DNA of 64,000 nt. Origin: Octopus vulgaris (taxonomy: Eukaryota). The DNA is taken from the NCBI GenBank assembly GCA_951406725.2, contig OX597837.1:27094001-27158000 (forward strand), read 5' to 3'. The position numbers and the translations under genes are program-made. Under the pieces are notes generated by a model. It made no database searches and had not been told where the DNA came from. It saw nothing but the letters and a program-made list of their open reading frames with translations. This document shows positions 28,744 through 42,766 of the stretch, piece by piece (the first letter of the stretch is position 1; each line of letters opens with the position of its first letter).

Positions 28744-29240
28744 TAAATTAGAGATAAAACCACTATTCGGCAAATCATACAATGAAAAGCTTAAGCCAAT
28801 ACATCCTTTCTAGAAGGTACTGGAATATCCTTCAATGATGAATTCCAAAATAGCGGTTCTATCTTACCTGTAAATTCCATAATTTACGAAGTTGAGATAT
28901 TACACTCAATATACGTAATTTATCAATATATTAATTAATAATAATATATAATAGGGAATAAATCCAAACTTACAGGGAAAAATCAGATTTAGGATTGAAT
29001 CCAATTTTATAGTAAAATATTATATTATATTAAATTAGAGATAAAACCACTATTAGGCAAATATACAATGAAAAACTCAAGCCAATACATCCTTTCTAGA
29101 AGGTACTGGAATATCCTTCAATGAGGAATTCCAAAATAGCAGTTATATATATAAATAAGGATAAGATCGTCATTTAAATATCGAACTTATCAAGTGGCCA
29201 GTATGGGAATAAAAACCTTCAAAGGTAATAATAATTATCA

Positions 29241-29404
29241 AAATTATAATTTAGGGTATCTAAGAGATACCTCCAGGCTGGAAATAGCAGTCAAAACTTG
29301 ACTCTAAAACCACCTTAAATGTTCATTTAAGGTGGTTTTAGAGTCAAGTTTTGACTGCTATTTCAAGCCTGGTGGTATCTCTTAGACACCCTAAATTATA
29401 ATTT
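29241..29404. repeat. Near-perfect palindrome (81-bp arms, 2-nt loop), probably tail-to-tail Penelope-like remnant
   Basis: ..CCACCTTAAATG TT CATTTAAGGTGG.. Confidence 0.85.
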
Positions 29405-29710
29405 TATATATATATACATATATATATATATATGTGTGTATATATATATTAGAAGAAATGAGGTAATCAGAAGATCGGATGGTTTATATTTACAGATATT
29501 TATTTATATATTACATTTTTTACATATATATCATATCACTTAGATCATTAGCGCTTTCTCCCATTCTAGTGGGGCTTTCAAATCAAAATAAGTTCCTTTG
29601 TGGGGAATTTTAATCATTTTATAGAGTTTCGTAGTGGTGGGGAGGAATATAAGACAGTACAAGAGGGTGAGGTGGATGAGGAGAAAGTGAGAGAGAGAAC
29701 ATGTGTGTAT

Positions 29711-29757
<47 letters not shown>

Positions 29758-29964
29758 TATCTGAGGTGAGTGCTAAAGAGATATATATATATATCATATA
29801 TCATGTATTTATATATAGTTATAGGTACAGGCGTAGCTGTGTGGTAAGAAGCTTGCTCCCAGACTACATGGTTCTGGGCTTAGTCCTACTGTGTGGTACC
29901 TTGAGCAAGTGTCTTCTACTTTAGCCTTGGGCCAACCAAAGCTTTGTGAATGGATTTGATAGAT

Positions 29965-30020
<56 letters not shown>

Positions 30021-30202
30021 ATGTTCTACCCCTGCTTGAAAACCGGTGCTGGTATGTTTGCGTCCCTGTAACTTAGTGATTCAGAAAAAGAGACCAATTG
30101 AATAAGAACAAGGCTTTTAAAAAATAACTAAGTACTGGGGTTGATAGATTTGACTAAGAATGGCCACAGTCTAATGACTGGAACACACAAGAGATTAAAG
30201 AT

Positions 30203-30245
<43 letters not shown>

Positions 30246-30414
30246 TGCATGCACGTTATTTATAGTTCTGAGATTATTTTCTGTTGCTACACTGATTTTT
30301 GCAATATCTTGCTGGTCACTGATGAGATGATAATCAAAACCTTTAATAATAAATATATATATATATACACACATATACATATACATATCGGTGTCTGTGT
30401 GTGTGGCATGTGCA

Positions 30415-30452
<38 letters not shown>

Positions 30453-31271
30453 CATATACATATACATATTGGTGTGTGTGTGGCATGTGTGTGTATATAT
30501 AGTATATATATATATATACATACATATATATATGTATGTATATATATATACATACATTCATATATATATGTATGTATATATACATACATACATATATATG
30601 TATATATATATATATATATTATACATATTTGTGTGTATGTGTGGCATGTGCGTGTATATATAGTATATATATATATACATACATACATATATATATATGT
30701 GTGTGTGTGTGTGTATGTTTGTATGTATGTATATACATACACACGTTTGTGCATGTATGTATATATATGTATAGAATATAAATAACATTTTTCATTCCTG
30801 TAACAGGTCAAAAACGCCCATGCCCTGCTGCCTCTCCTCTGCTTTGTAACTTAGTTTTTAAAGCGGTCTTGCTACTCCTGTTGTTAGCAAATATTGTTGA
30901 TGTTGCTGCTGAACTTTTTTCTTTCATTTCACTGTCTTCCATTATTTATTCTGTCGTTATTCCACTGAACTCCCCCAACCCCCCACCAAAAAAAAAAAAG
31001 GTATCAAATAAATCCTTTTTCCAGATGGCCTCTGGTTTCCCCCCCAGCTGCTGTCCACTGCAAATTGTATTAAAACTGTTATGTCGTTTATGAAAATAAA
31101 ACAACTAATTTAAACAGAGCCAAATATGGTTATGCCTGGTGATTCATATTTTTGTTCTTGCTGATTTGTGAAAACTTTTTTTTTTATTATTCACTTTCTT
31201 ATTGAATTTGTGCTCCATTGGAGAGTTTCCTTCCACAGATTCTGAGTAGCAACAGAGACCAATTTTAGTTG

Positions 31272-31302
<31 letters not shown>

Positions 31303-31458
31303 CACTCTCGGAGTGGTTGGCATTAGGAAGGGCATCCAGCTGTAGAAACACTGCCAGATCTGACTGGCCTGGTGCAGCCTTCGGGCTCCCCAGACCCCAG
31401 TTGAACCGTCCAACCCATGCTAGCATGGAAAGCGGACGTTAAATGATGATGATGATGA

Positions 31459-31506
<48 letters not shown>

Positions 31507-31951
31507 GGATAAGATCGTTATTTGAATATCGAACTTATCAAGTGGCCAGTATGGGAATAAAAACCTTCAAAGGTAATAATAATTATCAAAATTATAATTT
31601 AGGGTATCTAAGAGATACCTCCACGCTGGAAATAGCAGCCAAAACTTGACTCTAAAACCACCTTAAATGTTCATTTAAGGTGGTTTTAGAGTCAAGTTTT
31701 GACTGCTACTTTCACCGTCTTTGGATATTTAAGTCATTAAAGTTTTGGAACCTGACCAGCCAGCCAGCCAGCCACCAAAGAAGTCAGCTTCATTTTTGAC
31801 AGTGGAACAAGGCTTTGGTCATCCTGAAGCCATAGTAGAAGACTGACCCCACCACTATACATTGTAGTTGATAAAACCAAAAATAATAAAATGCACATGC
31901 ACAAAATTAAAGATATACAACGGTGACAATTTGCCCATTGCACGATGTATG

Positions 31952-32000
<49 letters not shown>

Positions 32001-32046
32001 TCAGACGCCATGATAGATCGTTAGCCACTACACACATTTATATATA

Positions 32047-32461
32047 GGCGCAGGAGTGGGTGTGTGGTAAGTAGCTTGCTTACCAACCACATGGTTCCGA
32101 GTTCAGTCTCACTGCGTGGCATCTTGGGCAAGTGTCTTCTGCTATAGCCCCGGGCCAACCAATGCCTTGTGAGTGGATTTGGTAGACGGAAACTGAAAGA
32201 AGCCCGTCGTATATATGTATATATATAAGTATGTGTGTGTGTGTGTGTGTGTTTGTGTGTCTGTGTTTGTCCCCCTAGCATTGCTTGATAACCGATGCTG
32301 GTGTGTTTACGTCCCCGTCACTTAGCGGTTTGGCAAAAGAGACCGAGAGAATAAGTACTGGGCTTACAAAGAATAAGTCCCGGGGTCGATTTGCTCGACT
32401 AAAGGCAGTGCTCCAGCATGGCCACAGTCAAATGACTGAAACAAGTAAAAGAGTAAAAAGA

Positions 32462-32463
<2 letters not shown>
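32047..32463 (+). mobile_element. SINE family A
   Basis: Full-length copy. Confidence 0.88.
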
Positions 32464-32503
<40 letters not shown>

Positions 32504-32850
32504 AATGTCTTCTTTATCATATATACATACATACATACATACATACACACACACGACAAGCTTCTTTCAGTTTCTGCCTACCAAATCCACTCACAAGGCT
32601 TTGGGTTGGCCTGAGGCTATACTAGAAGACACTTGCCCAAAGTGCCATGCTGTGGGACTGAACCTGAAACCATATGGGTGGGAAGCAATCTTGTTACCAG
32701 ACAGCCATGCCTGCCTGAATGATTACATCTGTGGTGCATTAAATACAGATTTGTAGAGAAGTTTTTATCACAGATATTACCAACGGAATAGCTTCTGTCA
32801 TGTATGAATATGTCTTTGGCATAACGGACTACTTTGATGGGTGAATGTTT

Positions 32851-32914
<64 letters not shown>

Positions 32915-33120
32915 CATATATATACATATATACGACGGGCTTCTTTCAGTTTCCGTCTACCAAATCCACTCACAAGGCATTGGTTGGCCCGGGGCTATAG
33001 CAGAAGACACTTGCCCAAGCATGGTTTCTGTCCTGTGTGAAGATGTGTTTAGATAAACAGCTATTAACAGAGAATACTTTACCACAGGCATTACAATTCC
33101 TAACTTCTCTCTTATTAGGC

Positions 33121-33430
33121 ACTAGCAGTATCGCCCGGCGTTGCTCGGGTTTGTAAGGGAAATAGCTATATAAGCATTTTTAGAGAGTTACTTCCCTTAT
33201 ATAACCCGAGCAAAAATCATTAAAAATGCTGAAAAATGATGGTAAATTTTTTTTTTAAATCGTAGACTCATCATAGACGCGCGCTAATACCCAGAAGGGC
33301 TTGATATGAATCACGACTATAAGATACCCACTTTGGGTTAAACTGCACCGCAAAATGTGGGAGTAGTTAGGAATCTAAATCGGAGTAGACAGACACACAC
33401 ACACACACAACTTTAGTTTTATAAATAAAG
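33121..33430 (+). mobile_element. Non-autonomous Helitron/Helentron-like element
   Basis: ACTAGCAGTATCGCCCGGCGTTGCTCGGG end with small hairpin, internal (CA)n, TTTTATAAATAAAG end; layout resembles DINE-1/HINE-type elements. Confidence 0.5.
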
Positions 33431-33917
33431 TTAAGAGGAATTGGTTGCTGTGTTCAACAAGGAAGATAGTGCTGGTTTGGTAATGCGGATGGATGCTGAC
33501 CGCTCCATAAAGATGTACTGATCTCTCAAAGTGGATGGAATATGTGCAAGTGGGAGACCCAAGACATGGGATGAAATACTGAAGAATGACCTCAGGACAT
33601 TTGTCAAAATATTTTCGTCGCTTTAAGACTGCGACCTGTTCACCATGGATTTTTGTCAGTGAATAAGTCGTGGTCTTATAGCGATGAAAATATTTTGACA
33701 AATTAAATTTAAATGTTGAAGTGAATTGAACGGCTTTTGTGTGTTTCTTAAATGGCTTACAAACACCTTCCACGCTACAATTGTTTTCGTTCCAGCACAC
33801 AATCTCAGATCAAATCACTCCCTATGCAAGTACATACTCTTTTGAGAGAATTCTTTGCCACAAACATCACAGCAATATGGTTTTCTCCCCATATATGACT
33901 ACATCTATGGATTAATA

Positions 33918-34812
33918 GATTAGACCTGGACACAATGCAGCAGTGGATCATTGACTGGCAACTCAAGCTGGCTGTGAACAAATGTACCACCATGCATTTT
34001 GGGAGGAAAAACCCAGTGTCTACTTACTCCCTCCACAACACTAATCTCAAAAAGTCTTCTTGTGAATGTGACCTGGGCATTATTGTCGACAGCGATTTGT
34101 GTTGGACAAAACACATTGCTAAAATTGCCAAGAAGGCTGAGGGTGTCTTGGCATCACTTACCAAGTCCTTTGTGAGCCGCTCTCTGGCTATCTATCTGCA
34201 GCTTTATATAGCTATGGTAAGACCTCACCTGGAATTTGCATCACCGATCTGGAACCCCTATCTTGCCCAGGACATTAATCATCTGGAAGCCGTTCAGTGA
34301 TGTGCAACCAAGAGAATACCCTCCATCAGGCATTTGCCATATTCTGAACGCCTTACTTCCCTGGGCATGGATACATTGAAACTCCAACGTCTGGCAGCTG
34401 ACTTGGCAGGCACCCATAAAATTATTAACCATCTTACAAACAATAACTCTGAGCACCTTTTCAAACTCCACCTGTCTAACACCCGTGGACATATTTACAA
34501 AGTCAGAAAACATCATGACTTTCGGAAACATTTTTTTTCACGCTGAGAGTTGCTGAAGCATGGAACAAACTGCCGGCATCAGTTGTTAGTTGTCGGAACA
34601 CTGCATCTTTCAAAACTTCCATGCTTTCTGAGATTCGCCAACACTACACCTGATTTTCTCCCCTCCATACACACGCAAGCATGTATCTGACTCATACATT
34701 GTTTGCTTTCCAGACATTTGTACATTACTGCATACACTTTATGTGCACTTTCTGACAAGTTGTGGTGCACCTGAGCACTGTATACAATAATTTCATTATT
34801 ATTATTATTATT
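33918..34812 (+). mobile_element. CR1-clade LINE, 5'-truncated, degenerate RT C-terminus plus 3' UTR and (ATT)n tail
   Basis: WQLKLAVNKC..DLGIIVDSDL..LYIAMVRPHLEFASPIWNPY..LEAVQ*..YSERLTSLG; contains stops. Confidence 0.9.
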
Positions 34813-34987
34813 GTTATTAAGTCCATCTACGAAGGCTTGTGAATCGGTAACTGCATCTACAAGCGATGCTGTGCGCGATTCTAGTGTGAGTGAAAGTGAT
34901 TCAGGAAATGATTATAATAATATCTTTTTTAATTAAAAATAATCTCGACATTCTTTTTACTTTACACAAAATATTATTTACGTTCTA

Positions 34988-35429
34988 GGATCTTTTTGGT
35001 TTGAACGGCAGTTTTTAACATAATTTCTAGGTAACTAAAAAATTTTAAACTTCGTATACTGGTAGAATGTGTTTATAAAACATCTTCTTCTCTTGGCTTT
35101 ATTGAATAAATTCTATAGTTTGTAAGATATTTGTTGTTTTTTTCTTCAATTTCTGCAATTTCAACCAATCACTGACGTCTACTAAGGTAAAAAACATTCT
35201 GTGCCGTATGAATATGTCCCTCGTTTAAGAAACAGATTGGGTTTATTTACATTTGTGAAGAAAAAAAGATACTCTTCCCCCACTCCTAACCAACCCTAAC
35301 CCTAAAACAGATTGAAATGCAATAGATCAATTGAAATCAATAGATCAGATTGAAATGCAATAGATAATTATGGGTGACAATTTCATATGACACCGCTAGA
35401 AAAAACTGCCGTTCAAACCGAAAAGATCC
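34988..35429. mobile_element. MITE with GGATC termini and 8-bp TSD (Merlin-like)
   Basis: TSD ACGTTCTA at 34980-34987 and 35430-35437; ~28-bp TIR; internal CCCTAA repeats. Confidence 0.8.
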
Positions 35430-36399
35430 ACGTTCTACTGTTGTTTTATTATCATTTATTTACGAATGTTATAAATTTTATAGGTAAAATATTTTTCTGA
35501 GAGCGAATTACGATTTTTAACATTGCTGCTATGGGAAATTAATGCTCTGCTTAATTTGTTCCCGGTGACCGCTCGTAAAGCGAAAACTCGTTAACTCGTG
35601 TAACGAGGCATTACTGTATACTGAACGTCGGCTGATATAATAAGCTGTCCGTTTTGGAGTGGACGTCAAAGACAACGTGGTCGGCTTTTAAAATCTACAT
35701 CTCGGCGGCTAGATATAGCAACCAAATTACTCATAAATTACACGCTAGCATTTTCAAATATTATCTCTGAAAGAGGCCAGATGTTCGGGAGGAAGGATTA
35801 GTGTATGATAAGTGGAAACCAAAGCTCATCACGGCATAATTTGCAAAAATGTAAACGGATAGCAAGGGAAATAACTCTTATAGCAGCTAGAATGAGTCTT
35901 CTCCCTTGTTTAAGACATTGGACTGTGTAAATATGTCTGTGAAGGGTATAGTCGAAGGAATCTACTCCAGTACTTATATCAAGGGGCTGAACATAGAGGG
36001 AACAAACAAAGACACACAAGCGGATTAAGTCGATTACATCGACCCCAGTGCGAAATTGGTAATTAATTTATCGACCCCGAAAGGATGAAAGGCAAAGTCG
36101 ACCTCGGTGGAATTTGAACTCAGATCGTAACGACAGACGAAATACGGCTACGCATTTCGCCCGAGGTGCTAACGTTTCTGCCAGCCTGCCGCCTTAGCCA
36201 GTACTTATTATCGTCGGGGATGACCTATAAACAAACACTTAGCTGCCAAGGGAGGTTACCCAACCGCGTTGTTTACGGATTGATGCGATCAACAACTATC
36301 ACTAAACCATCTGTGCTACAAACATTCACACCAGATCGAAAAGACGAGAAAAAACTGAAGCACAGAAGCGATAGGTAATAATAATGGCATACATGGAGA

Positions 36400-36740
36400 A
36401 CTGAGTACAAGAACGAGCCCAGGTGGTGAGGTGTCGGTGCATGTCTGGCCAGAAAAACCGAGCTGTGATGAGCTTGACATAGGCAGAAATACTTGGATGT
36501 GATAAGGAATGCAAAACGTCGAAAACGATCCGGCGATGACTCAGAGGAACGAACGTTCGCGGTGATCCGGTGGATGCATCGCAAAGAATATTATCATCCG
36601 CAGTTGATAGAGGTAAGTATTCGGACTGACAATGCAAAAATTCAGGCGATGAGATGTCAATCGAACTGAGTGGAGGTTGGTCGGAAGCCAAAGTAACCAA
36701 ATCCAACGTAGCAGGAATTAAAGCAGAAACGGAAAGTCCA
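36400..36740 (-). mobile_element. Gypsy LTR retrotransposon pol fragment (integrase zinc-binding region)
   Basis: ILCDASTGSPRTFVP..RRIVFDVLHSLSHPS..KLITARFFWPDMHRHLTTWARSC. Confidence 0.85.
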
Positions 36741-37408
36741 AGTCTGAGGCCGTGTGGGAAGATGAATGGAGGCACAACGTCACCATCATTAGTGATCACT
36801 CCAAACACCATAATGTTGACAGGGCATTTGGTTTTTATCACTCTGGGTACAGGCTTTGGGGACACAGCAAAACAAAGGTTGTTCTGTGTCTTCATCATCT
36901 GATCCTGGTAATTTTTCTCATCTGAGAAAAACCAAAGCATGTTCGGTTGGAAGGGATACTTGAGTTTGTTCAAAAGCTTCATAGCTTCGTTTTTCTCATC
37001 AATGGACCAGATTTTCTTAGGAGGGATCGTTGTCAATCGTGGCCTGGATCTTACCAACAAATTCAGGAGTTCTTTCCTTATCAGAACGATGAGAGTGAGT
37101 TTTCTGAGCTGCTCTACCATCGTAATCACCACTAGACTCCTCCAACTCCTTTAATCCTCTCCACCGTCCTCAGATTGACACCCAAACACTCTGAAATGTT
37201 CATATTGGAGCTTCTGGTGTGAATGCCAAGCAGCACAGAATGTCGTTTCCAAATTTCTGGCAGAGTGAATTGCGTCATTGTGCCGTTTTTCTCACAGACG
37301 GTGCCCAACTGACCCTACTATACTTTATAGTTGACAAAATCAAAAATAATAATGCACATGCGCGAAATTAAAAATATACAATGGCAACAATTTACCTATC
37401 ACACCATA

Positions 37409-37410
<2 letters not shown>
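36741..37410 (-). mobile_element. Tc1/mariner transposon 5' part, degenerate
   Basis: WFFSDEKN..KTKCPVNIMVFGVITNDGDVVPPFIFPHGLRL; TIR-like end near 37405, related remnant at ~31740-31950. Confidence 0.85.
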
Positions 37411-37452
<42 letters not shown>

Positions 37453-38769
37453 CATACAAACACCAATTGTATACGTTTTTATTATTTTTTTTGCAATTTG
37501 CTTAATCATTGGCATTTTATTGTTGTTTTAATTTTTCTATTATATGTAATTTTATAGATGGTGTAATTTAATTGTTCATTTTGAATTGATAAAAGGTGGT
37601 TCTTTCAAATTTTATATATATATATATATATATATATTATATTACATTGTGTGAAATTTGATTTAGTATTTCTAAATTGAATTTTTTCCCTGTAAGTTAG
37701 GATTAATATTCCCTCAAATAATTATTATATATATATATATATATATATTGGTAAAAACGGTAAGATAACAAAAGAAAGAAAGAGACCTCAATATTATGTA
37801 AATAGAGGAAATTTATCTGTAAAATAATGTGACAATTATACGGTAGCCAAGATTTCAGATGCCGAGGTGGAAATCCACAACACCATCTCTTCGGTTATCT
37901 GGCGATCTCTATATATATCCATTGTCTTCTTTATCATATATACATACATACACACACATGACGAGCTTCTTTCAGTTTCTATCTACCAAATCCACTCGCA
38001 AGGCCTTGGTCGGGCTGAGGCTATGTTAGAAGACACTTGCCCAAGATGCCATGCAGTGGGACTGAACCTGGAACCATGTGGTTGGGAAGCAAGCTTCTTA
38101 CCACCTAGCCACATCTAATCTATACATTATTTTCTTTTTTTTATTTTTCTTGAGCCTCAGGTTTCCATGGCACATAAGTGATCCCTAAACAATTACATCA
38201 GTCCATTGCAGGGTGACAGCATTTTCAAAGAGAGGAGACAAGTCAATCCTACCAAGCCCAGTACATGACTGGTACTTTATTTTATTGACCCTGAAGAAAT
38301 GAAAAGCAAAGTTGATCTCAACAGGATTTGAACTCAGAACATATAGACCAGAATAACAATAATAACAACAACAACAACAACAACAATAATAATAATAATG
38401 ATAACTATTTATATAAAATCATTTTATTATAGTATAGGTTGTTTTTTTTACATTCATACAAATTTATAAAAACCAAAAAACTTAGGACATGTTGGCAGTT
38501 GAACAAATGGCTAAGACCACCAAGGGAGCTTTTGATGCGCTTAAAATTACTTGGAACCAAGTAAAGAGGGACTTTATGGAATCATTCTTGAGCACGTTTC
38601 ATTCTTTCATTCCCTGAAAACTTAAAGAACAACCAAAAACACATATGTATATATATATATATCTCCATCCTCTGGCATATATCTACACACACACACACAC
38701 ACACATATATAGAGTGAGAGAGGAGGGGTGGGAGAAAGAAAGAGAGAGAGCATGTGTGTGAATATTTGT

Positions 38770-38804
38770 AGATGATAGGTAGGTGATAGATAGATAGATA
38801 GAGC

Positions 38805-38835
<31 letters not shown>

Positions 38836-38946
38836 GATGGATAGATAGATAGATAGATAGGTAGAGATAGATAGATAGACGGATGGATAGATAGATAGAT
38901 AGGTAGAGATAGATATATAGAGCTAGATAGATAGATAGATAGGTAG

Positions 38947-38981
<35 letters not shown>

Positions 38982-39203
38982 CGGATGGATAGATAGATAG
39001 GTAGGTAGATAGGTAGAGATAGATAGATAGATAGGTAGAGATAGATAGATAGATAGAGAGAGAGAAAGAGACAGGAAGAGATAGATAGGTAGAGAGATAG
39101 GTAAGTAGATACAGAAAGAGATAGGTAGATAGACAAACAGATAGATTAGACAGACAGATAGATAGATAGACATATAGATAGATAGACAAATAGATAGACA
39201 GAC

Positions 39204-39238
<35 letters not shown>

Positions 39239-39257
39239 AAGACAGATAGACAGACAG
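38770..39257. repeat. (GATA)n/(GACA)n compound microsatellite
   Basis: Seen directly. Confidence 0.97.
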
Positions 39258-39857
39258 AGGTTGGGAATTTTTTTTTTTTAATTATTATTTTGGTTTAGAA
39301 AAAATTATTTTTGGAGATTTAAAAAATTTAGAAAAATTAGTAGAGAAAAATATAAATAATTACAAAGAAGACAAAAGTAAGTGGGGAAAAAAACCAGAAA
39401 TTATCCAAATATTTTGCAAGAATCATTTCAATTATAATAACGAACCATAAACGAACATTTAATTATAGACAGCTGTGATAGACCCCTGTAAAAAGGGGTG
39501 AATCTTATGTGCGTCATAAATATTATAATACAGTATATATGAAACCATCTTTGTCTTTGTGTAAAAAGATCTGTTAAAACCTCAACAACCAACTAATATT
39601 AAGAGAATGCCGGTTCTATGGAAACGGCTGAGTTAAATTGAAATTATAGTTTGCATCTGAGATGTCACTGGAAGTGGTGGTGGTGGTGTGAGATGGGGGC
39701 AGGGAATAGGGGTCAGGAACTTTGAGAGAGAGAGAGAGAAAATAAAGGATTGGGGGGGTTTTGAGTTATTCACAGTAGCAGTTAGAAAATTTGAGGAGAG
39801 CCCAATGAACAGAGAGGGAAAAAAAATGCACACACACACACTCATACACTGCAACTA

Positions 39858-39998
39858 TAAGGTTGTCCCAAAAGTTCGTAGAAAGTCTTGGAAAATAATG
39901 GTCTTTATTTTGAGGGATAATTTTTGTTGTTTTTGTTAGTACTTGGCGAGTAAAAATTCAATTTTCGCAAGTGTTTACGAACTTTTGGGACAACCTAA
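39858..39998. mobile_element. Tc1/mariner-type MITE with TA TSD
   Basis: TIR AGGTTGTCCCAAAAGTTCGTA / TACGAACTTTTGGGACAACCT. Confidence 0.8.
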
Positions 39999-40234
39999 TA
40001 ATAATAATAATAATAATGGTAATTTCAAATTTTGGCACAAGGCCAGGAAATTTGGGGGGAGAGGGGATAAGTCGATTAGATTGACCCCAGTATCCAACTG
40101 GTACTTGTTTTATCGACCCCCAAACGATGGAAAGTAAAGTCACCCTCAGCAGCATTTGAACCCAGAACGTAGACGGATGAAATGCCACTAAGCATTTTGC
40201 CCAGCATGCTAACAGTTCTGCCAGCCCACCAACC

Positions 40235-40272
<38 letters not shown>

Positions 40273-40792
40273 CTTTTCTACTATAGGCACAAAGCCAGAA
40301 ATTTTGGGGTGAGAGGGCTAATTGATTACATTGACCCCCGAAAGGATGAAAGGTAAAGTCAACCATGGTGGAATTTGAACTCAGAACGTAGCGACAGGTG
40401 AAATACCGCTGAGCATTTTGCCCGATGCGCCAACAATTCTGTCAGCCCCCCGCCTTAATAATTATAATACTTTCTACTAAAGGCACAGAGCCTGAAATTT
40501 GGGGGTTATGGGTGGGGTGGATAAGCCGATTACATCGACCCCCAGTGTTTCCCTGGTATTTATTTTATCAACCCTGAAAGGATGAAAGGCAAAGCTGACC
40601 TTGGCAGAATTCGAAATCAGAACCTAAGGATGGACAAAATGCTAATGATTCTGTTGGCCCACCACCACAATAATAATAATAATAATAATAATAATGGAAA
40701 GGAATATAGAAAGACAGAAAGAAACCTGATATGGTGTGTGGATGATATCGAAGTGAAATAAAGCTAAGGATATCAAATATACAAGATTATAT

Positions 40793-41170
40793 TACTCTTT
40801 ACTCTCTTTGACTTGCTTCAGTCATTTGACTGTGGCCATGCTGCAGCACCGCCTTTAGTCGAGCAAATCGACCCCAGGACTTATTCTTTGTAAGCCTAGC
40901 CAAACCGCTAAGTTATGGGGACGTAAACACACCAGCATTGGTTGTCAAGCGATGCTGGGGGTGGAGGAACAAACACGGACACACAAACATACACACATAC
41001 ATATATACGACAGGCTTCTTTCAGTTTCCATCTACCAAGTCCATTCACAAGGCTTTGGTCGGCCCGTGACAATAGTAGAAGTCACTTGCCCAAGGTGCCA
41101 TGCAGTGAGACTGAACCCGGAACCATGTGGTTTGTAAGCAAGCTACTTACCACACAGCCACTCCTACGCC
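40793..41170 (-). mobile_element. SINE family A
   Basis: Reverse-complement copy. Confidence 0.85.
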
Positions 41171-41276
41171 TATATACAGAGGGAAAAAAAAATTTGTGGG
41201 TTTAAAAAGCAAAATAAAAGAAAAGAGGGAGTGGAGTTTAGTTAGAGAGGGTGGTGGGGATGGGTGGAGTATACCT

Positions 41277-41692
41277 ATTTCTTTATTACCCACTAGGGGC
41301 TAAACATAGAGGGGACAAACAAGGACAGACATAGGTATTAAGTCGATTACATCGACCCCAGTGCGGAACTGGTACTTAATTTATCGACCCCGAAAGGATG
41401 AAAGGCAAAGTCGACCTCGGCGGAATTTGAACTCAGAACGTTGCGACAGACGAAATACCTATTTCTTTATTACCCACAAGGGGCTAAACATAGAGGGGAC
41501 AAACAAGGACAGACATAGGTATTAAGTCGATTACATCGACCCCAGTGCGGAACTGGTACTTAATTTATCGACCCCGAAAGGATGAAAGGCAAAGTCGACC
41601 TCGGCGGAATTTGAACTCAGAACGCAATGGCAGACGAAATAACGCTAAGCATTTCGCCCGGCCTGCTAACGATTCTGCCAGCTCGCCGCCTT
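41277..41692 (-). mobile_element. SINE family B tandem dimer
   Basis: ~181-bp repeat; TSD GGTGGAGTATACC. Confidence 0.88.
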
Positions 41693-42351
41693 ATATTGGT
41701 GGAGTATACCAACAAGATGTGAACGATGCATTGGAATAAGCTATAGAAATACAATAAAAGACGAATGGTAATTTTTGTGAGAAGAGGTAAGTGGATGCGG
41801 AAAATAATTGAGGGAAAGAGAGAGATGAGAAACTATTACTCCAAGTTGACCCAACGGCAGGGACCAGTTATTGAAATAGATATTACTCTTTACTCTTTTA
41901 CTTGTTTCAGTCATTTGACTGTGGCCATGCTGGAGCACCGCCTTTAGTCGAGCAAATCGACCCCGGGACTTATTCTTTTGTAAGCCCGGTACCTATTCTA
42001 TCGGTCTCTTTTGCCGAACAGCTAAGTGACGGGTATATGGCTGAAGTTGTCATGAAGGATATGAAAGTACAGAAACTGTCAGATTATTCAAGGATAACTG
42101 GTAAGAAGCTGGTAAAACCTCTACTGACATAAGATATATGTTAGTCACCCGCACGCCAATGGAGAAGTGTCGTTCTTGATGAAGCTAGGAGTGTAACAGA
42201 ACCAGCATCCTTATCATCAATTGGTAGTAGGACAAAGGAGATGTTAAATGCTAAAGAGTTAAGGTGAACATGGCCAAAACTAAAATTTAGTAGAGAAAAA
42301 AGACAGGGCTACCTTTATCCAAGAAATGGCTTTTTGATATGAAAATGAATA

Positions 42352-42766
42352 CCTGTTTCTTTACTATCCACAAGGGGCTAAACACAGAGGGAAAAAACAA
42401 GGACAGACAAAGGGATTAAGTCGATTAGATCAACCCCAGTGCGTAACTGGTACTTATTTAATCGACCCCGAAAGGATGAAAGGCAAAGTCAACCTCGGCG
42501 GAATTTTAACTCAGAACGTAACGGCAGACGAAATACCTATTTCTTTACTACCCACAGGGGGCTAAACAGAGAGGGGACAAACAAGGACAGACAAGCGGAT
42601 TAAGTCGATTATATCGACCCCAGTGCATAACTGGTACTTATTTAATCGACCCCGAAAGGATGAAAGGCAAAGTCGACATCGGCGGAATTTGAACTCAGAA
42701 CGCAGCGGCAGACGAAATACCGCTAAGCATTTCGCCTGGCTTGCTAGCGATTCTGCCAGCTCGCCG
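42352..42766 (-). mobile_element. SINE family B tandem dimer
   Basis: Same junction as the other arrays. Confidence 0.85.

Noticed and set aside
38622-39189. YLSI-repeat ORFs
   Set aside because: (GATA)n microsatellite.
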